This document shows, one piece after another, positions 9,397 to 19,525 of a DNA stretch of 64,000 nt. Made by a program: the position numbers and the translations under genes. The stretch is from an uncultured delta proteobacterium (GTDB lineage: Bacteria > Desulfobacterota > Desulfobacteria > Desulfobacterales > B30-G6): assembly GCA_963823335.1 (NCBI GenBank), contig CAWGLD010000006.1, positions 64,001 to 128,000 of the forward strand. Reading direction: 5' to 3'. Within the stretch, counting starts at the first letter, position 1; each line of letters begins with the position of its first letter. A model generated the notes under the pieces. That model made no database searches and was not told where the DNA came from. It saw only the letters and a program-made list of their open reading frames with translations.

Positions 9397-10152
9397 ATGC
9401 AAATAGTCGACCCCAACAATCCCATACCTAAATATCTTCAGATCAGTATTTGGCTCAAGGAAGCGATCCAGATCGGCAGATATCCTTTGGGAGAGAAAAT
9501 TCCTTCCGAAGTCGAACTGTCACGCATGTGCCAGGTCAACCGCAACACCCTGAGACAGGCTATTGCCGAATTATCGAAGAATGGCCTTCTAACCAAGAAA
9601 AAAGGCAAGGGAACCTTTGTAACCGCATCGAAACCCACCGCGCTCAGGCATCAGCTCAATCGGATATCCAGTTTCAGCAAAGAGCTTTCTGCGGCGGGCA
9701 TTCAGGAGAACACCTGCCTGCTCGGCAAGGGTATCGAGAAACCGTCTGAACGTACAGCAAAGGCACTTACCCTCGGGCCCGACACCGATGTAATCGCCAT
9801 TCGGCGTCTGAGGACCGGGGACGATCTGCCTCTCATTTATGAGGAAACGTATCTTCCGGTCGATCTGTACGACGGTATTTTAAAAATGGATCTGACCGGA
9901 TCCCTGTATGAGATATTCACGACTTCGTTCAACACCGTGCTGGCCCGTTGCGAGCAGACCATTACGGCCGTCAACCTGAACGGCGAGATTGCGCATTCGC
10001 TGAAATTGAAGAAAAACGCTGCTGCGCTATACATGGAAAGCGTTACCTATAACGACCACAATATGCCGGTTGAATTTCTGTGCGGCTATTTCAGGGGTGA
10101 TAAATACGCATTTGCTGTCGAGCTCGGTCGATACCATTTAACAGAACAATAA
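9397..10152 (+). CDS. GntR-family regulator, HutC/UTRA subfamily
   Basis: PKYLQI...PSEVEL...VNRNTLRQAI...GKGTFV wHTH plus UTRA C-domain. Confidence 0.93.
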   Translation: MQIVDPNNPIPKYLQISIWLKEAIQIGRYPLGEKIPSEVELSRMCQVNRNTLRQAIAELSKNGLLTKKKGKGTFVTASKPTALRHQLNRISSFSKELSAAGIQENTCLLGKGIEKPSERTAKALTLGPDTDVIAIRRLRTGDDLPLIYEETYLPVDLYDGILKMDLTGSLYEIFTTSFNTVLARCEQTITAVNLNGEIAHSLKLKKNAAALYMESVTYNDHNMPVEFLCGYFRGDKYAFAVELGRYHLTEQ

Positions 10153-10260
10153 ATGTGTTATACAAATTTATTTGACGCGACTGCGTCGCTTATAGAACGA
10201 ACGGATGAATCAAGTTTTAACGAGACATCGATATCAATTAGAAAGTTAAAGCAGTTTTAC

Positions 10261-10286
10261 TAGAAGCCATTTTGAGATAGCTTCTA
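10261..10286 (+). mobile_element. 26-bp internally deleted remnant of the 146-bp MITE
   Basis: TAGAAGCCAT joined to TTTGAGATAGCTTCTA, i.e. the two MITE termini fused. Confidence 0.75.
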
Positions 10287-10306
10287 AAACCGCCAAGGAG
10301 GCAAAC

Positions 10307-11506
10307 ATGCAAGAAAGAAATCTGTTAGAAAAATTAGTCGACGTCAGCCCCGGAATGGAGATCTGGTGGGATTCATCACCGGTCATTTATAACAACTGGT
10401 GCAAGAAATTGCTCGACAAGGCCGATGTTGCCGATCGAGGGCTTCTGCAGGCCCAGTTTGACCGGATGTATAATCCCTCCAGTCCCGAGACACAGCTTTT
10501 CAGGGGTGTAACCACCAACCCGCCCCTCTCTCTCCAGGCAATTCAGGATGATGTTCCCCTGTGGCAAAAAAAGGCCCAGGAAATCATCACCGCCAATCCA
10601 GGCATCGACACGGAGTCGCTTTTCTGGAAACTCTACCTTTCCGTTGTCAAACTGGGTTCGGATCTGTATCTGCCCCTGTTTGAAAAGTCTGGATATACCG
10701 AGGGCTTTCTTTCAGGTCAGACAGATCCCCGCAGTGCGTTTGACAAAGATGCCATGATTAAGCAAGCTCTCGATATCGCCAAAATAAATCCCAACGTCAT
10801 GATCAAGGTGCCGGGAACCAAAGAAGGCTATGAGGTCATCGAATTTCTGACATCCAAAGGTATTGCCACCAACAACACCCTGACCTTTGTACTGCCCCAA
10901 CTGGTTGATTGTGCCGAGTCGGTTAAGCGCGGTCTTGAAACGGCCAAAAAGAACAATGTGGATCTTTCCAAATGGCGCTCAGTGATTACGCACATGGAAT
11001 CGAGATACGGTGATCTTGGGGGTCTTAGGGATTTTGCAGCCGAGAAAAATATCGAACTTTCGGACATGGACGTCAGATGGGCGGAGCTGGCCATTTTCAA
11101 AAAAGCTTATAAGTACCTGATCGACAACAAAATGTCGAGCAAGATGCTCTCCTGTTCCCTGCGGATCGGTCCCGTGGTGGACGGTGTCACACGCATTCCG
11201 CATCTGGAGGAAAAAGCAGGCTGTGCAACGGTCGTAACCTGCCCGCCGACCTTTATCGACCAGATCATCAACTTTGCAGAACAGGATAAAATTGTCTTCG
11301 AGAAAGACCGTATCCTCAAAGACATTCCCAAGGATGTCATGGACAAGCTGATGCAGGTACCCTATTTTGAAAAAGCCTATGCAGTGGACGGCTATTCCCG
11401 GGATGAGTACAATACCCACCCCGCACTTCAGCGGACGGCGGCACAATTTTCCAAAGCCACCGAAGAAATGGTGGCGTTTGCAGACAATTGTCTGAATAAC
11501 GCTTAA
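10307..11506 (+). CDS. Transaldolase-family protein (long, divergent)
   Basis: WWDS Asp, GVTTNP, Schiff-base Lys in MIKVPGT, NNTLTF. Confidence 0.85.
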   Translation: MQERNLLEKLVDVSPGMEIWWDSSPVIYNNWCKKLLDKADVADRGLLQAQFDRMYNPSSPETQLFRGVTTNPPLSLQAIQDDVPLWQKKAQEIITANPGIDTESLFWKLYLSVVKLGSDLYLPLFEKSGYTEGFLSGQTDPRSAFDKDAMIKQALDIAKINPNVMIKVPGTKEGYEVIEFLTSKGIATNNTLTFVLPQLVDCAESVKRGLETAKKNNVDLSKWRSVITHMESRYGDLGGLRDFAAEKNIELSDMDVRWAELAIFKKAYKYLIDNKMSSKMLSCSLRIGPVVDGVTRIPHLEEKAGCATVVTCPPTFIDQIINFAEQDKIVFEKDRILKDIPKDVMDKLMQVPYFEKAYAVDGYSRDEYNTHPALQRTAAQFSKATEEMVAFADNCLNNA

Positions 11507-11536
11507 TATTTGTTCCCTTACGTAAAGGAGGACCTT

Positions 11537-12649
11537 ATGAAAGTAGGTGTTTTAAAAGAAATCAAAACAAAGGAGAACCGCGTCGCCATGACACCTGCGG
11601 GTGTCGAACAGATGGTTGTCCACGGACATACGGTCATGGTGGAAACCACCGCCGGTGAAGGCTCAGGCTTTTCCGACAAGACCTATGAAAAAGCCGGTGC
11701 CAGGATCGAACCTTCGGCCCAGGCGATTTACGAAAAAAATGAAATGGTCATGAAAGTAAAAGAACCCTTACCGGTGGAATTCCCTCTGATCCGTAAAGGT
11801 CAGGTGCTGTTTACCTACTTTCATTTTGCTGCCTCAGAGGTGTTGACACGTGCCATCATCGACACCGGCTCCATTGCCGTTGCCTATGAAACCGTCGAAA
11901 AAGCCAACGGTTCCCTGCCCCTGCTGACGCCCATGAGCGAAGTGGCCGGGCGGATGGCGATTCATGAAGGTGCCAAGTACCTTGAAAAGACCTACAATGG
12001 CAAAGGCATTCTGCTGGGCGGGGTTCCGGGAACGGAACCGGGAACCGTCATCGTCATTGGCGGCGGCATTGTCGGTACCAATGCAGCTAAAATAGCCTGT
12101 GGCATGGGGGCCAAGGTATATCTTCTGGACACCAATCTGGAACGGCTCCGGTATCTTTCGGATGTCATGCCAAAAAATTGTTTCCCCCTCATGTCCAACC
12201 CGGCTATCCTGCGCAAACTGCTCAAGGAGGCCGATCTGGTCGTAGGCGCCGTCTTGATTCCAGGCGCCGTGGCCCCCAAGCTGATCACCCGTGAGATGTT
12301 GGGGTACATGAAAAAAGGATCCGTGATTGTGGATGTGGCCATCGATCAGGGCGGGTGTTTTGAAACGTCAAAAGCCACCACCCATGACGATCCCATCTAT
12401 GAGGTGGACGGTATTATTCACTATTGTGTGGCCAATATGCCTGGAGCGGTTTCCATGACCTCAACGGTCGCTCTGACAAACGCCACCCTGCCCTATGCCC
12501 TTCAACTCGCAAACAAGGGCTACAGGATTGCAGCTCTGGAAAACCCCGAACTCGCCAAAGGTCTAAATATAGTTGAAGGAAAAGTGACCTACAAAGGCGT
12601 AGCTGATGCATTTAACCTGGCATTCGAACCATTCGAATCCGTTTTATAG
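11537..12649 (+). CDS. ald: Alanine dehydrogenase
   Basis: [51 protein letters not shown] favours ATG 11537. Confidence 0.96.
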   Translation: MKVGVLKEIKTKENRVAMTPAGVEQMVVHGHTVMVETTAGEGSGFSDKTYEKAGARIEPSAQAIYEKNEMVMKVKEPLPVEFPLIRKGQVLFTYFHFAASEVLTRAIIDTGSIAVAYETVEKANGSLPLLTPMSEVAGRMAIHEGAKYLEKTYNGKGILLGGVPGTEPGTVIVIGGGIVGTNAAKIACGMGAKVYLLDTNLERLRYLSDVMPKNCFPLMSNPAILRKLLKEADLVVGAVLIPGAVAPKLITREMLGYMKKGSVIVDVAIDQGGCFETSKATTHDDPIYEVDGIIHYCVANMPGAVSMTSTVALTNATLPYALQLANKGYRIAALENPELAKGLNIVEGKVTYKGVADAFNLAFEPFESVL

Positions 12650-12699
12650 GACATTTATTTTGCAACGCACCCAATCAATCATATGAAAGGACACTAAAA

Positions 12700-13788
12700 A
12701 TGAAAAAAGTACTAAAAGACTGGATCGTACCCTGGCTCTATACGGCTAGAGAATATAATGTCGGCATTCTGGACAAGGCATGGGCCAATCCGGACCACGC
12801 CCGCCTCATGCTCAATGAAAACCCCATTCAACCCTCGGAAAAGGTGGTGGAGGCAGTGGCGCAAGCCATCCGCAATGGCAACCGCTATCCTGACAGCTTT
12901 CTGCGCTTGAGGACCAAAATCGGCAAGATGTATGGCCTGGGACCGGACAACGTGGCACTTTGCAATGGTTCTTCTGAGACCATCGATGCCATGATGCGTG
13001 TTTTCCTGCAGCCTGGCGACGAGTTCATGCTGTCCACGCCGACCTTCGAGCTTTTTCCACCGCGTGCAGAGCTGTGCAATGCCAAGGTTGTTTCAATCCC
13101 GGTTCGGGAAGAAGACCTGCAGTATGATGTCGATGCGATGCTGGCCGCCATCAACGACAGGACCAAACTGATCCTGATCATCAACCCTAACAACCCCACC
13201 GGCGTCTTCATCGATGATGCCGATCTGGACCGATTCTGTGAAACGGGTGTCCCCCTCTGTGTGGACGAGGCTTACCTGGACTACAACCCTGACAGACCTT
13301 CGAAAGCGTATCTGATCAAGAAATATCCCCAGGTATTCCTGTCGGTAACTTTTTCCAAGGCCTATGGGTTTGCAGGCATTCGTTTCGGGTTCGTACTGGG
13401 AACCGAAGAGATGATCGCCGCCTTCAACCGCATGTTCCTGCCCTGGAACGTGAGCCTGATGTCCGCTGCCGCTGCTGAAGCCATCCTCGACAATCCAGAC
13501 GAGGTCAAGCAAAAGGTCGCGCACAACAACAAGTGGATGGCTGTTTTTTCCGAAGAACTCAAGAAGCTGGGGCTCAAACCTTTTCCGGCCAATGGTAATT
13601 ACATGCTTATCGACGGTACCATGACGGGCAAGAGCACCGAAGAAATCCTCAAAGCCGCTCTTGACGAAAAAATATATCTCAAGAAAATAGGTGAAATCCA
13701 CGGGAAGACCGGCTATTTCAGGGTAACCCCTGGAACGGATGCAGAAAACGAGAAGTTCATAAAATTTATCCGCGCTTATTTCGCATAA
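12700..13788 (+). CDS. HisC-like PLP-dependent aminotransferase (class I/II)
   Basis: LNENP, NPNNPTG, VDEAY, TFSKAYGFAGIRFG; not in a his operon. Confidence 0.88.
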   Translation: MKKVLKDWIVPWLYTAREYNVGILDKAWANPDHARLMLNENPIQPSEKVVEAVAQAIRNGNRYPDSFLRLRTKIGKMYGLGPDNVALCNGSSETIDAMMRVFLQPGDEFMLSTPTFELFPPRAELCNAKVVSIPVREEDLQYDVDAMLAAINDRTKLILIINPNNPTGVFIDDADLDRFCETGVPLCVDEAYLDYNPDRPSKAYLIKKYPQVFLSVTFSKAYGFAGIRFGFVLGTEEMIAAFNRMFLPWNVSLMSAAAAEAILDNPDEVKQKVAHNNKWMAVFSEELKKLGLKPFPANGNYMLIDGTMTGKSTEEILKAALDEKIYLKKIGEIHGKTGYFRVTPGTDAENEKFIKFIRAYFA

Positions 13789-14045
13789 ATTATCAAAAAA
13801 AATATAGATCTCCCAAGCTAAAATCGGACATTCCATGAGAAGGCAGTTGTTTCCTCTTTCATGGAATGATCCGGTTTCTTGTACCTGAGCGGCACACATG
13901 ATTGGGTGTGCCGAAATGGACCACTCGGTTTATTTCCTCTTGTTTTGTCTGAATAATTCATATAGGGAATTCCCAAACAATGGAACCTCCTCAAAATTAA
14001 AGACGTTCCCAAATCACCGACCGACACCTTAGAAAGGGAAGCTGA

Positions 14046-14891
14046 ATGGATATCTATTACATCGACGGGCAGTATGTAGATGAGGACAAATGTGTACTGT
14101 CCGTGAAAGACATTATCGTTCTGAGGGGTTTTGGTGTATTCGATTTCTTGATTACCTATAACAAACGACCCTTCTATTTAAAGGAACACGTTCAACGCCT
14201 GGAAACATCAGCCCAAAAAATTGGACTCAAGATAAGACACGCCAACGACGAGATCTGTCGTATTGTCGAAGAAACAATCCGGCGTAACACCCACCACGAT
14301 GAATCGAACATCCGTATCGTTTACACCGGCGGCATCAGCTCGGATGGCGTCACACCAGAGGGAAACGGATACCTGATCGTCATGGTGACACCCAAACACC
14401 AACTGCCTGAATGGTGGTATTCCGACGGTGCAAAATTGATTACCGCGGAGATCGAGCGTTTTATCCCCGGCGCCAAAAGCACCAACTATCTGACAGCGGT
14501 ATGGGCTCTGGAGCGGGCACACGCCATGGGTGCCATCGAGTCCATCTATGTGGATCGCAACAACCGACTTCTTGAAGGCACCACCACGAATTTTTTCTGT
14601 TTCAAGGAGAACAAACTTATCACACCCAAACTGGATATATTGCCGGGTATTACGCGCAGTGTACTGGTGGACCTGGTCGAGGGACACTTTGATCTGGAAA
14701 TCAGGGAAATCCATAGGGCTGAACTCTCCTCCATGGAAGAGGTTTTCATTTCTGCCTCTAATAAAGAGATCGTACCGATTATAGAAGTGGACGACATCAA
14801 AATCGGAAACGGTCGGCCCGGTCAGAGAACACAAAAAGTGATGCAGCTTTTCAAAGACTACACCACTGCGTACGGACAGGGAAAGGTGTGA
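14046..14891 (+). CDS. Class IV aminotransferase, D-amino-acid transaminase-like
   Basis: RGFGVFD, AKSTNYL PLP-Lys, EGTTTNF, LPGITR. Confidence 0.88.
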   Translation: MDIYYIDGQYVDEDKCVLSVKDIIVLRGFGVFDFLITYNKRPFYLKEHVQRLETSAQKIGLKIRHANDEICRIVEETIRRNTHHDESNIRIVYTGGISSDGVTPEGNGYLIVMVTPKHQLPEWWYSDGAKLITAEIERFIPGAKSTNYLTAVWALERAHAMGAIESIYVDRNNRLLEGTTTNFFCFKENKLITPKLDILPGITRSVLVDLVEGHFDLEIREIHRAELSSMEEVFISASNKEIVPIIEVDDIKIGNGRPGQRTQKVMQLFKDYTTAYGQGKV

Positions 14892-14892
14892 C

Positions 14893-16080
14893 ATGGAAGC
14901 CATGCCCGGCCCAGCCGGTGACATTCCTCCCCTGACCTGGGCGGAAATCGATCTTGGTGCGCTGGCACATAATTATCGTGAATTGCGACGTGTCACCAAA
15001 TCGTCTGCTGTCATGATGGCTGTTGTAAAAGCGGATGGATATGGCCATGGTGCACCCCAGGTGGCCCGGGTGGCCCTTGAAAATGGTGCCGAACTTCTCG
15101 CAGTGGCACGTATGGGTGAGGCTATCAGACTTCGGGAAGCCGGTATATCGGCACCCATACTTCTTTTTGGTCACAGCTTGCCCGCGTATGTAGATATTCT
15201 GGCAGTCAGTGACATTCGGGCGGCCCTTAACTCACTGGATGGTGCCCGTTCCATTTCAGCGCAGGCCGTACGCCGCAAAACAAGCATCAAGGCCCACATC
15301 AAGGTTGACACCGGCATGGGGCGTCTGGGTCTTCTGGCGGATGAAATTGCAATCCAGACAGATGCCGGCGAACAGTTCAACCGTGCCGTAAATGACATTC
15401 TGTCTATCTCCGCCCTTCCCGGCATCGAAGTGGAGGGTATTTTTACGCATTTTGCCACTGCAGACAGTCGGGACAAGCGTTATGCAACGACCCAGTTGTC
15501 GCGCTTTACCAGACTGCTGGAAACGCTGGAAACGCATTCTTTACGGGTCCGGTATCGCCACGCCGCCAACAGTGCCGCCATCATTGAAATGCCCGAGTCC
15601 CACCTGGATCTGGTGAGACCCGGAATTGCCCAATATGGACTCTGGCCGTCGGATGAAGTGGACAAGCAACGAATCCATCTCAAGCCGGTAATGTCCATTA
15701 AATCCAGGGTAATTCATGTAAAGGATGTTGGTGCTGATTTTGCCGTCAGCTACGGCAGCACCCATGTTACATCCCATCCCACACGGATTGCCACCATTCC
15801 CATCGGTTACGCCGACGGATACAACCGGGTCCTTTCCTCCAATGGCTATATGCTGGTAAAGGGTGTGCGAGCTCCTATCATCGGCAGGGTTTGTATGGAT
15901 CTGACCATGATCGATGTGGGTCATGTGCCGGATGTTTCTCTCGAAGATGAAGTCGTTATACTGGGATCGCAAGGAGACGAAACCATCTCAGCAGATGAGA
16001 TTGCAAAAAAGGCAGGCACCATTAATTACGAAATCGTATCGTCGCTGACATCCAGGGTACCCAGGGTATATGTTCGGTGA
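14893..16080 (+). CDS. alr: Alanine racemase
   Basis: AVVKADGYGHG, HIKVDTGMGRLG, HAANS, VSYG, GYADG, GRVCMD. Confidence 0.96.
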   Translation: MEAMPGPAGDIPPLTWAEIDLGALAHNYRELRRVTKSSAVMMAVVKADGYGHGAPQVARVALENGAELLAVARMGEAIRLREAGISAPILLFGHSLPAYVDILAVSDIRAALNSLDGARSISAQAVRRKTSIKAHIKVDTGMGRLGLLADEIAIQTDAGEQFNRAVNDILSISALPGIEVEGIFTHFATADSRDKRYATTQLSRFTRLLETLETHSLRVRYRHAANSAAIIEMPESHLDLVRPGIAQYGLWPSDEVDKQRIHLKPVMSIKSRVIHVKDVGADFAVSYGSTHVTSHPTRIATIPIGYADGYNRVLSSNGYMLVKGVRAPIIGRVCMDLTMIDVGHVPDVSLEDEVVILGSQGDETISADEIAKKAGTINYEIVSSLTSRVPRVYVR

Positions 16081-16118
16081 GTTTGTTGAGTTCTTTGCGT
16101 TTGTTGGGTGTCCCTTAA

Positions 16119-16184
16119 AAATTGTTTTAACGCTGGTAAACGAACGAACATCGAACATCGAACGTCCAACATCGAATTTTGAAT
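16119..16184 (+). repeat. AACATCG heptamer array inside a ~66-bp unit duplicated at 62002-62067
   Basis: AAATTGTTTTAA...GAACATCGAACATCGAACGTCCAACATCGAATTTTGAAT at both loci. Confidence 0.85.
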
Positions 16185-17426
16185 ATGAATCGCCCACCTG
16201 AAAATACAATAGACTGGCAGACAGGCACATACCACAATCCTCGGGCCGGAGAAACACAGGCTGACGTCATCATATGCTCTGACTGGGCACCTATTCGCGG
16301 ATTCAAGGATATCATTCTCCAGAATCCGGAAGCTGTTTATGGTGATCTGCTTCCGGAGTTGCGAGACGGCGATATGCGGATCGTCAACCTGGAATGCCCC
16401 CTAGTGGATCAAGGGGAGCCGGTTTCCAAAAGTGGGGCTGTCCTGAAGGGTCTTTCCGGGCACATTACAGGACTCACCAGCATTCCCTTCGAGGTGGCCA
16501 CCCTGGGCAATAATCACGTTTTTGATTACGGGACCGAAGCCTTTGTCCAAACCAGGGATCTGCTGTATCAAAACAATATCAAGACCGTTGGTGCCGGCAT
16601 GTCCATAGAGGAAGCGGCAGTGCCGTTGATTGTCACATCCAGGGGTGTTGCCATCGCTATTGTCAATTTCAGTGAAGGTGAGGATCTGACCGCTGCAGGA
16701 GAAAACCCGGGCGTTCATGGCTGGGAAATCGATCGGGTGGTCGCTCAGGTTCAGGAGCTGCAGAGTCAGGTCAATGCAACCATCGTTGTCTGCCATGGTG
16801 GTGTCGAGTACATCCCCTATCCCCCACCCTACCTGGCTGCCGCATTTCATCGGATTGCCGATGCGGGTGCAGACCTGATCATCGGTCACCACCCCCACGT
16901 ACCCCAAGGTGTTGACATACGAAACCATGTGCCCATCTGCTACAGCCTGGGCAATTTTGTTTTCTTTCAACACACCCGGCTGCAGTTCAGAAAAATAGGT
17001 TATTTTGTTAAAGCCGGAATTGCCGAAAATGGCCTCGCTCGAATGCGTATCGTACCTTACGAAATCTTGCCCACCCGACTTCAATTGTTGAAAGAGGAAA
17101 AGTATCGCTGGATAATGAAAAAACTCAAAACCATATCTGAGCCTTTGAACGATTTATCCCGGATCATCCAGGCCTGGAACGGATTTATAAAACACTATGG
17201 TATCAACGGTTTTCAGAATGAGGTTGCCAACATTATGGAAACCCTTGCCCGGGAACCTGCCAAAGGAGCCGCCATGTTCCGAAACCGGATCACGACCATG
17301 CAGCACAACCAGCACCTGGTTGACACCATGACCCGTATCATGGACGGAACCATTGACCAGGCACCGGCATGGGCTCTCGACACTGTGTCCGAATGGCTCA
17401 CACGGCAGATATCAGACAAACAGTAG
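16185..17426 (+). CDS. CapA/PGA_cap family metallophosphoesterase-fold protein
   Basis: VNLECP, LGNNHVFDYG, GAG, HGG, GHHPHV, YSLGNF; no signal peptide. Confidence 0.88.
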   Translation: MNRPPENTIDWQTGTYHNPRAGETQADVIICSDWAPIRGFKDIILQNPEAVYGDLLPELRDGDMRIVNLECPLVDQGEPVSKSGAVLKGLSGHITGLTSIPFEVATLGNNHVFDYGTEAFVQTRDLLYQNNIKTVGAGMSIEEAAVPLIVTSRGVAIAIVNFSEGEDLTAAGENPGVHGWEIDRVVAQVQELQSQVNATIVVCHGGVEYIPYPPPYLAAAFHRIADAGADLIIGHHPHVPQGVDIRNHVPICYSLGNFVFFQHTRLQFRKIGYFVKAGIAENGLARMRIVPYEILPTRLQLLKEEKYRWIMKKLKTISEPLNDLSRIIQAWNGFIKHYGINGFQNEVANIMETLAREPAKGAAMFRNRITTMQHNQHLVDTMTRIMDGTIDQAPAWALDTVSEWLTRQISDKQ

Positions 17427-17441
17427 GAAAATTGATTGACC

Positions 17442-18371
17442 ATGCCCCTTTCTGAATCCAAAAAAATCAGCCGGTTTTATGAGAAAAAGCAGGTCACAGT
17501 TCTCATTACCGACTCCGGTCTGGGGGGTATCTCCATTTGTGCAGAAATCGCCAATGAATTAAGGCGACGTCATATATTCGAAAATGTTTCACTGGTCTAT
17601 TTCAACGCCTGGCCGGAGAAAGACCGGGGGTACAATCGGCTCAGCAACACAGCCGAAAGAATCCAGGTGTTTGATGGCGCTCTGGAAGGGATGATGAAAT
17701 TTAAGCCGGATTTCATCATGATCGCCTGCAATACCCTGTCTGTTCTCTATCATCGTACACAATTCAGTCACCATGTACGAATCCCGGTTGTTGACATTGT
17801 CGGGTTTGGCGTGGAGATGATGGCCGATGCTCTGGAGAAATCATCACAGGCCCAGGCAGTTATCCTGGGAACCGTAACCACCATCGACAGCCGGTTGCAT
17901 CACGATCAGCTGATTCAAAGAGGGATTCAACCCGCACAAATCGTTTCGCAGCCGTGCGATCAGCTTGCAACACAGATCGAAATGGGACCCGACAGCTCTA
18001 TTGTATCTGAAATGATTGATACGTTCATGCGCCAGGCAGCCCGAAATATCGATCCTGGTTCAAGTAAAATATATGCTGCCCTTTGCTGTACCCATTTTGG
18101 CTATTGTCAGGAATTGATTCAAGCCAGCCTGGCTGATTTCGCAAATAAACCGGTGACAATTCTAAACCCGAACCATAAAATGGCCGCCTGTCTGTCGGCC
18201 AACGGCCGCAAGATTCGTTTTTCAGACACCAAAATTCAAATACAGGTGGTTTCAAAGATCACTTGGGAAGAAAGGAAGATCAATTCCATTTCGAGTTTCA
18301 TTCAGTCGCTTTCTGCTGAAACAGCGCATGCTTTAATGAACTATGCGCAAATTCCAAACCTGTTTAGCTGA
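17442..18371 (+). CDS. Asp/Glu racemase family (glutamate racemase-like)
   Basis: DSGLGG, ACNT and CCTHF catalytic Cys motifs. Confidence 0.88.
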   Translation: MPLSESKKISRFYEKKQVTVLITDSGLGGISICAEIANELRRRHIFENVSLVYFNAWPEKDRGYNRLSNTAERIQVFDGALEGMMKFKPDFIMIACNTLSVLYHRTQFSHHVRIPVVDIVGFGVEMMADALEKSSQAQAVILGTVTTIDSRLHHDQLIQRGIQPAQIVSQPCDQLATQIEMGPDSSIVSEMIDTFMRQAARNIDPGSSKIYAALCCTHFGYCQELIQASLADFANKPVTILNPNHKMAACLSANGRKIRFSDTKIQIQVVSKITWEERKINSISSFIQSLSAETAHALMNYAQIPNLFS

Positions 18372-18438
18372 AAAGAGTTTGCCTGCCCGATCTGCATACA
18401 ATCCGAATATGACCCAATCAAATCTGGAGGAAGTGAGC

Positions 18439-19431
18439 ATGAAAAGAGTATTAATCATTACCGGCCCCGGCGGCGATGCCCAGGGGTGGGGAAATCTTGA
18501 AGTAACCCAAACACTCAGCCAGGCACTCAATTCCGATGGCAAGTCGTCTGAAATAGTATTTGTCAATACCATGGATGGCTTTTTAAAAGCCATTGACAGC
18601 CATACCTATGATATTGTCTGGAGTGCCCTTTACTATATCTCCGAAAAGGAAGATATCATCGGGTTGAACATTGATGACGGTGCCTGGCTGGCGGACGAAC
18701 TCGATCGGCGTCAGATACCCTATATCGGTCCCAGTGCCCAGACCATGAAAGATCTCATCAATAAAACAGCAACCCACCGCATTCTCAGTTCAAAAAACAT
18801 CTCCGTTCCCGAACATCATCAGGTGGATATGGGAGAATCTGTACCCGACATTCGATTTCCGGCTTTTGTCAAGCCCAGTTGTGAATCGCGATCTGTTGGG
18901 ATCAGTGATGAGAGCGTTGTCCAGAACACGACAGAGCTTCAAAAACGGATTGCATTCATCCACAGGCAATTCGAACAGCCGGCCCTGATCGAGGATTACC
19001 TTCCGGGAGAAGAATACACAGTTCTGATGATCGGCAATGGAAAAGATCAGATATTCATTCCCGGTGTCGTGACGGTAAAGGGGGGCAACAACGGAAAATT
19101 TCCTATCCTGCGAAGTGACATGCGGGGAGTCGGCATTACCAAAATTGGCATACCCGAACATAGTGCCGAGGCAGCCAATGCCTTGTGCCTAGAAGCGGTT
19201 GAAGCTTTGAACTGTTTGGATCATGTTCGTGTGGATATGCGTTTCGACACCCATTCAAAATTGAAAATCATCGAAGTCAACGGTATCCCGGGACTCAAGC
19301 CGATCAAAAGCTGGAGCCCCCAGATGTTTACACTGTACAATAAATCACCTCAAGGTCCTCTTGAGGATTATCGACTCCTGCTGCATAAAATTGTGGATTC
19401 CGGCCTCACACGCTACAATATATCGCTTTGA
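18439..19431 (+). CDS. D-Ala-D-Ala ligase-like ATP-grasp enzyme (divergent)
   Basis: IPYIGPS, FVKPSCESRSVGI, IEDYLPGEEYTV, RVDMR, EVNGIPG; GGAGG RBS before ATG 18439. Confidence 0.85.
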   Translation: MKRVLIITGPGGDAQGWGNLEVTQTLSQALNSDGKSSEIVFVNTMDGFLKAIDSHTYDIVWSALYYISEKEDIIGLNIDDGAWLADELDRRQIPYIGPSAQTMKDLINKTATHRILSSKNISVPEHHQVDMGESVPDIRFPAFVKPSCESRSVGISDESVVQNTTELQKRIAFIHRQFEQPALIEDYLPGEEYTVLMIGNGKDQIFIPGVVTVKGGNNGKFPILRSDMRGVGITKIGIPEHSAEAANALCLEAVEALNCLDHVRVDMRFDTHSKLKIIEVNGIPGLKPIKSWSPQMFTLYNKSPQGPLEDYRLLLHKIVDSGLTRYNISL

Positions 19432-19525
19432 TTATACCCTTTGATGTGATAAGGCTTTGTGCGGTTTTTCTGATCTGGCCCAGAGGACCAGGTTTTTAAT
19501 GACGGAATAAATAAAGGTGAATAAC

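Noticed and set aside
16185-17426. Poly-gamma-glutamate capsule locus
   Set aside because: No capB/capC synthetase genes, and the CapA-like protein has no membrane anchor.
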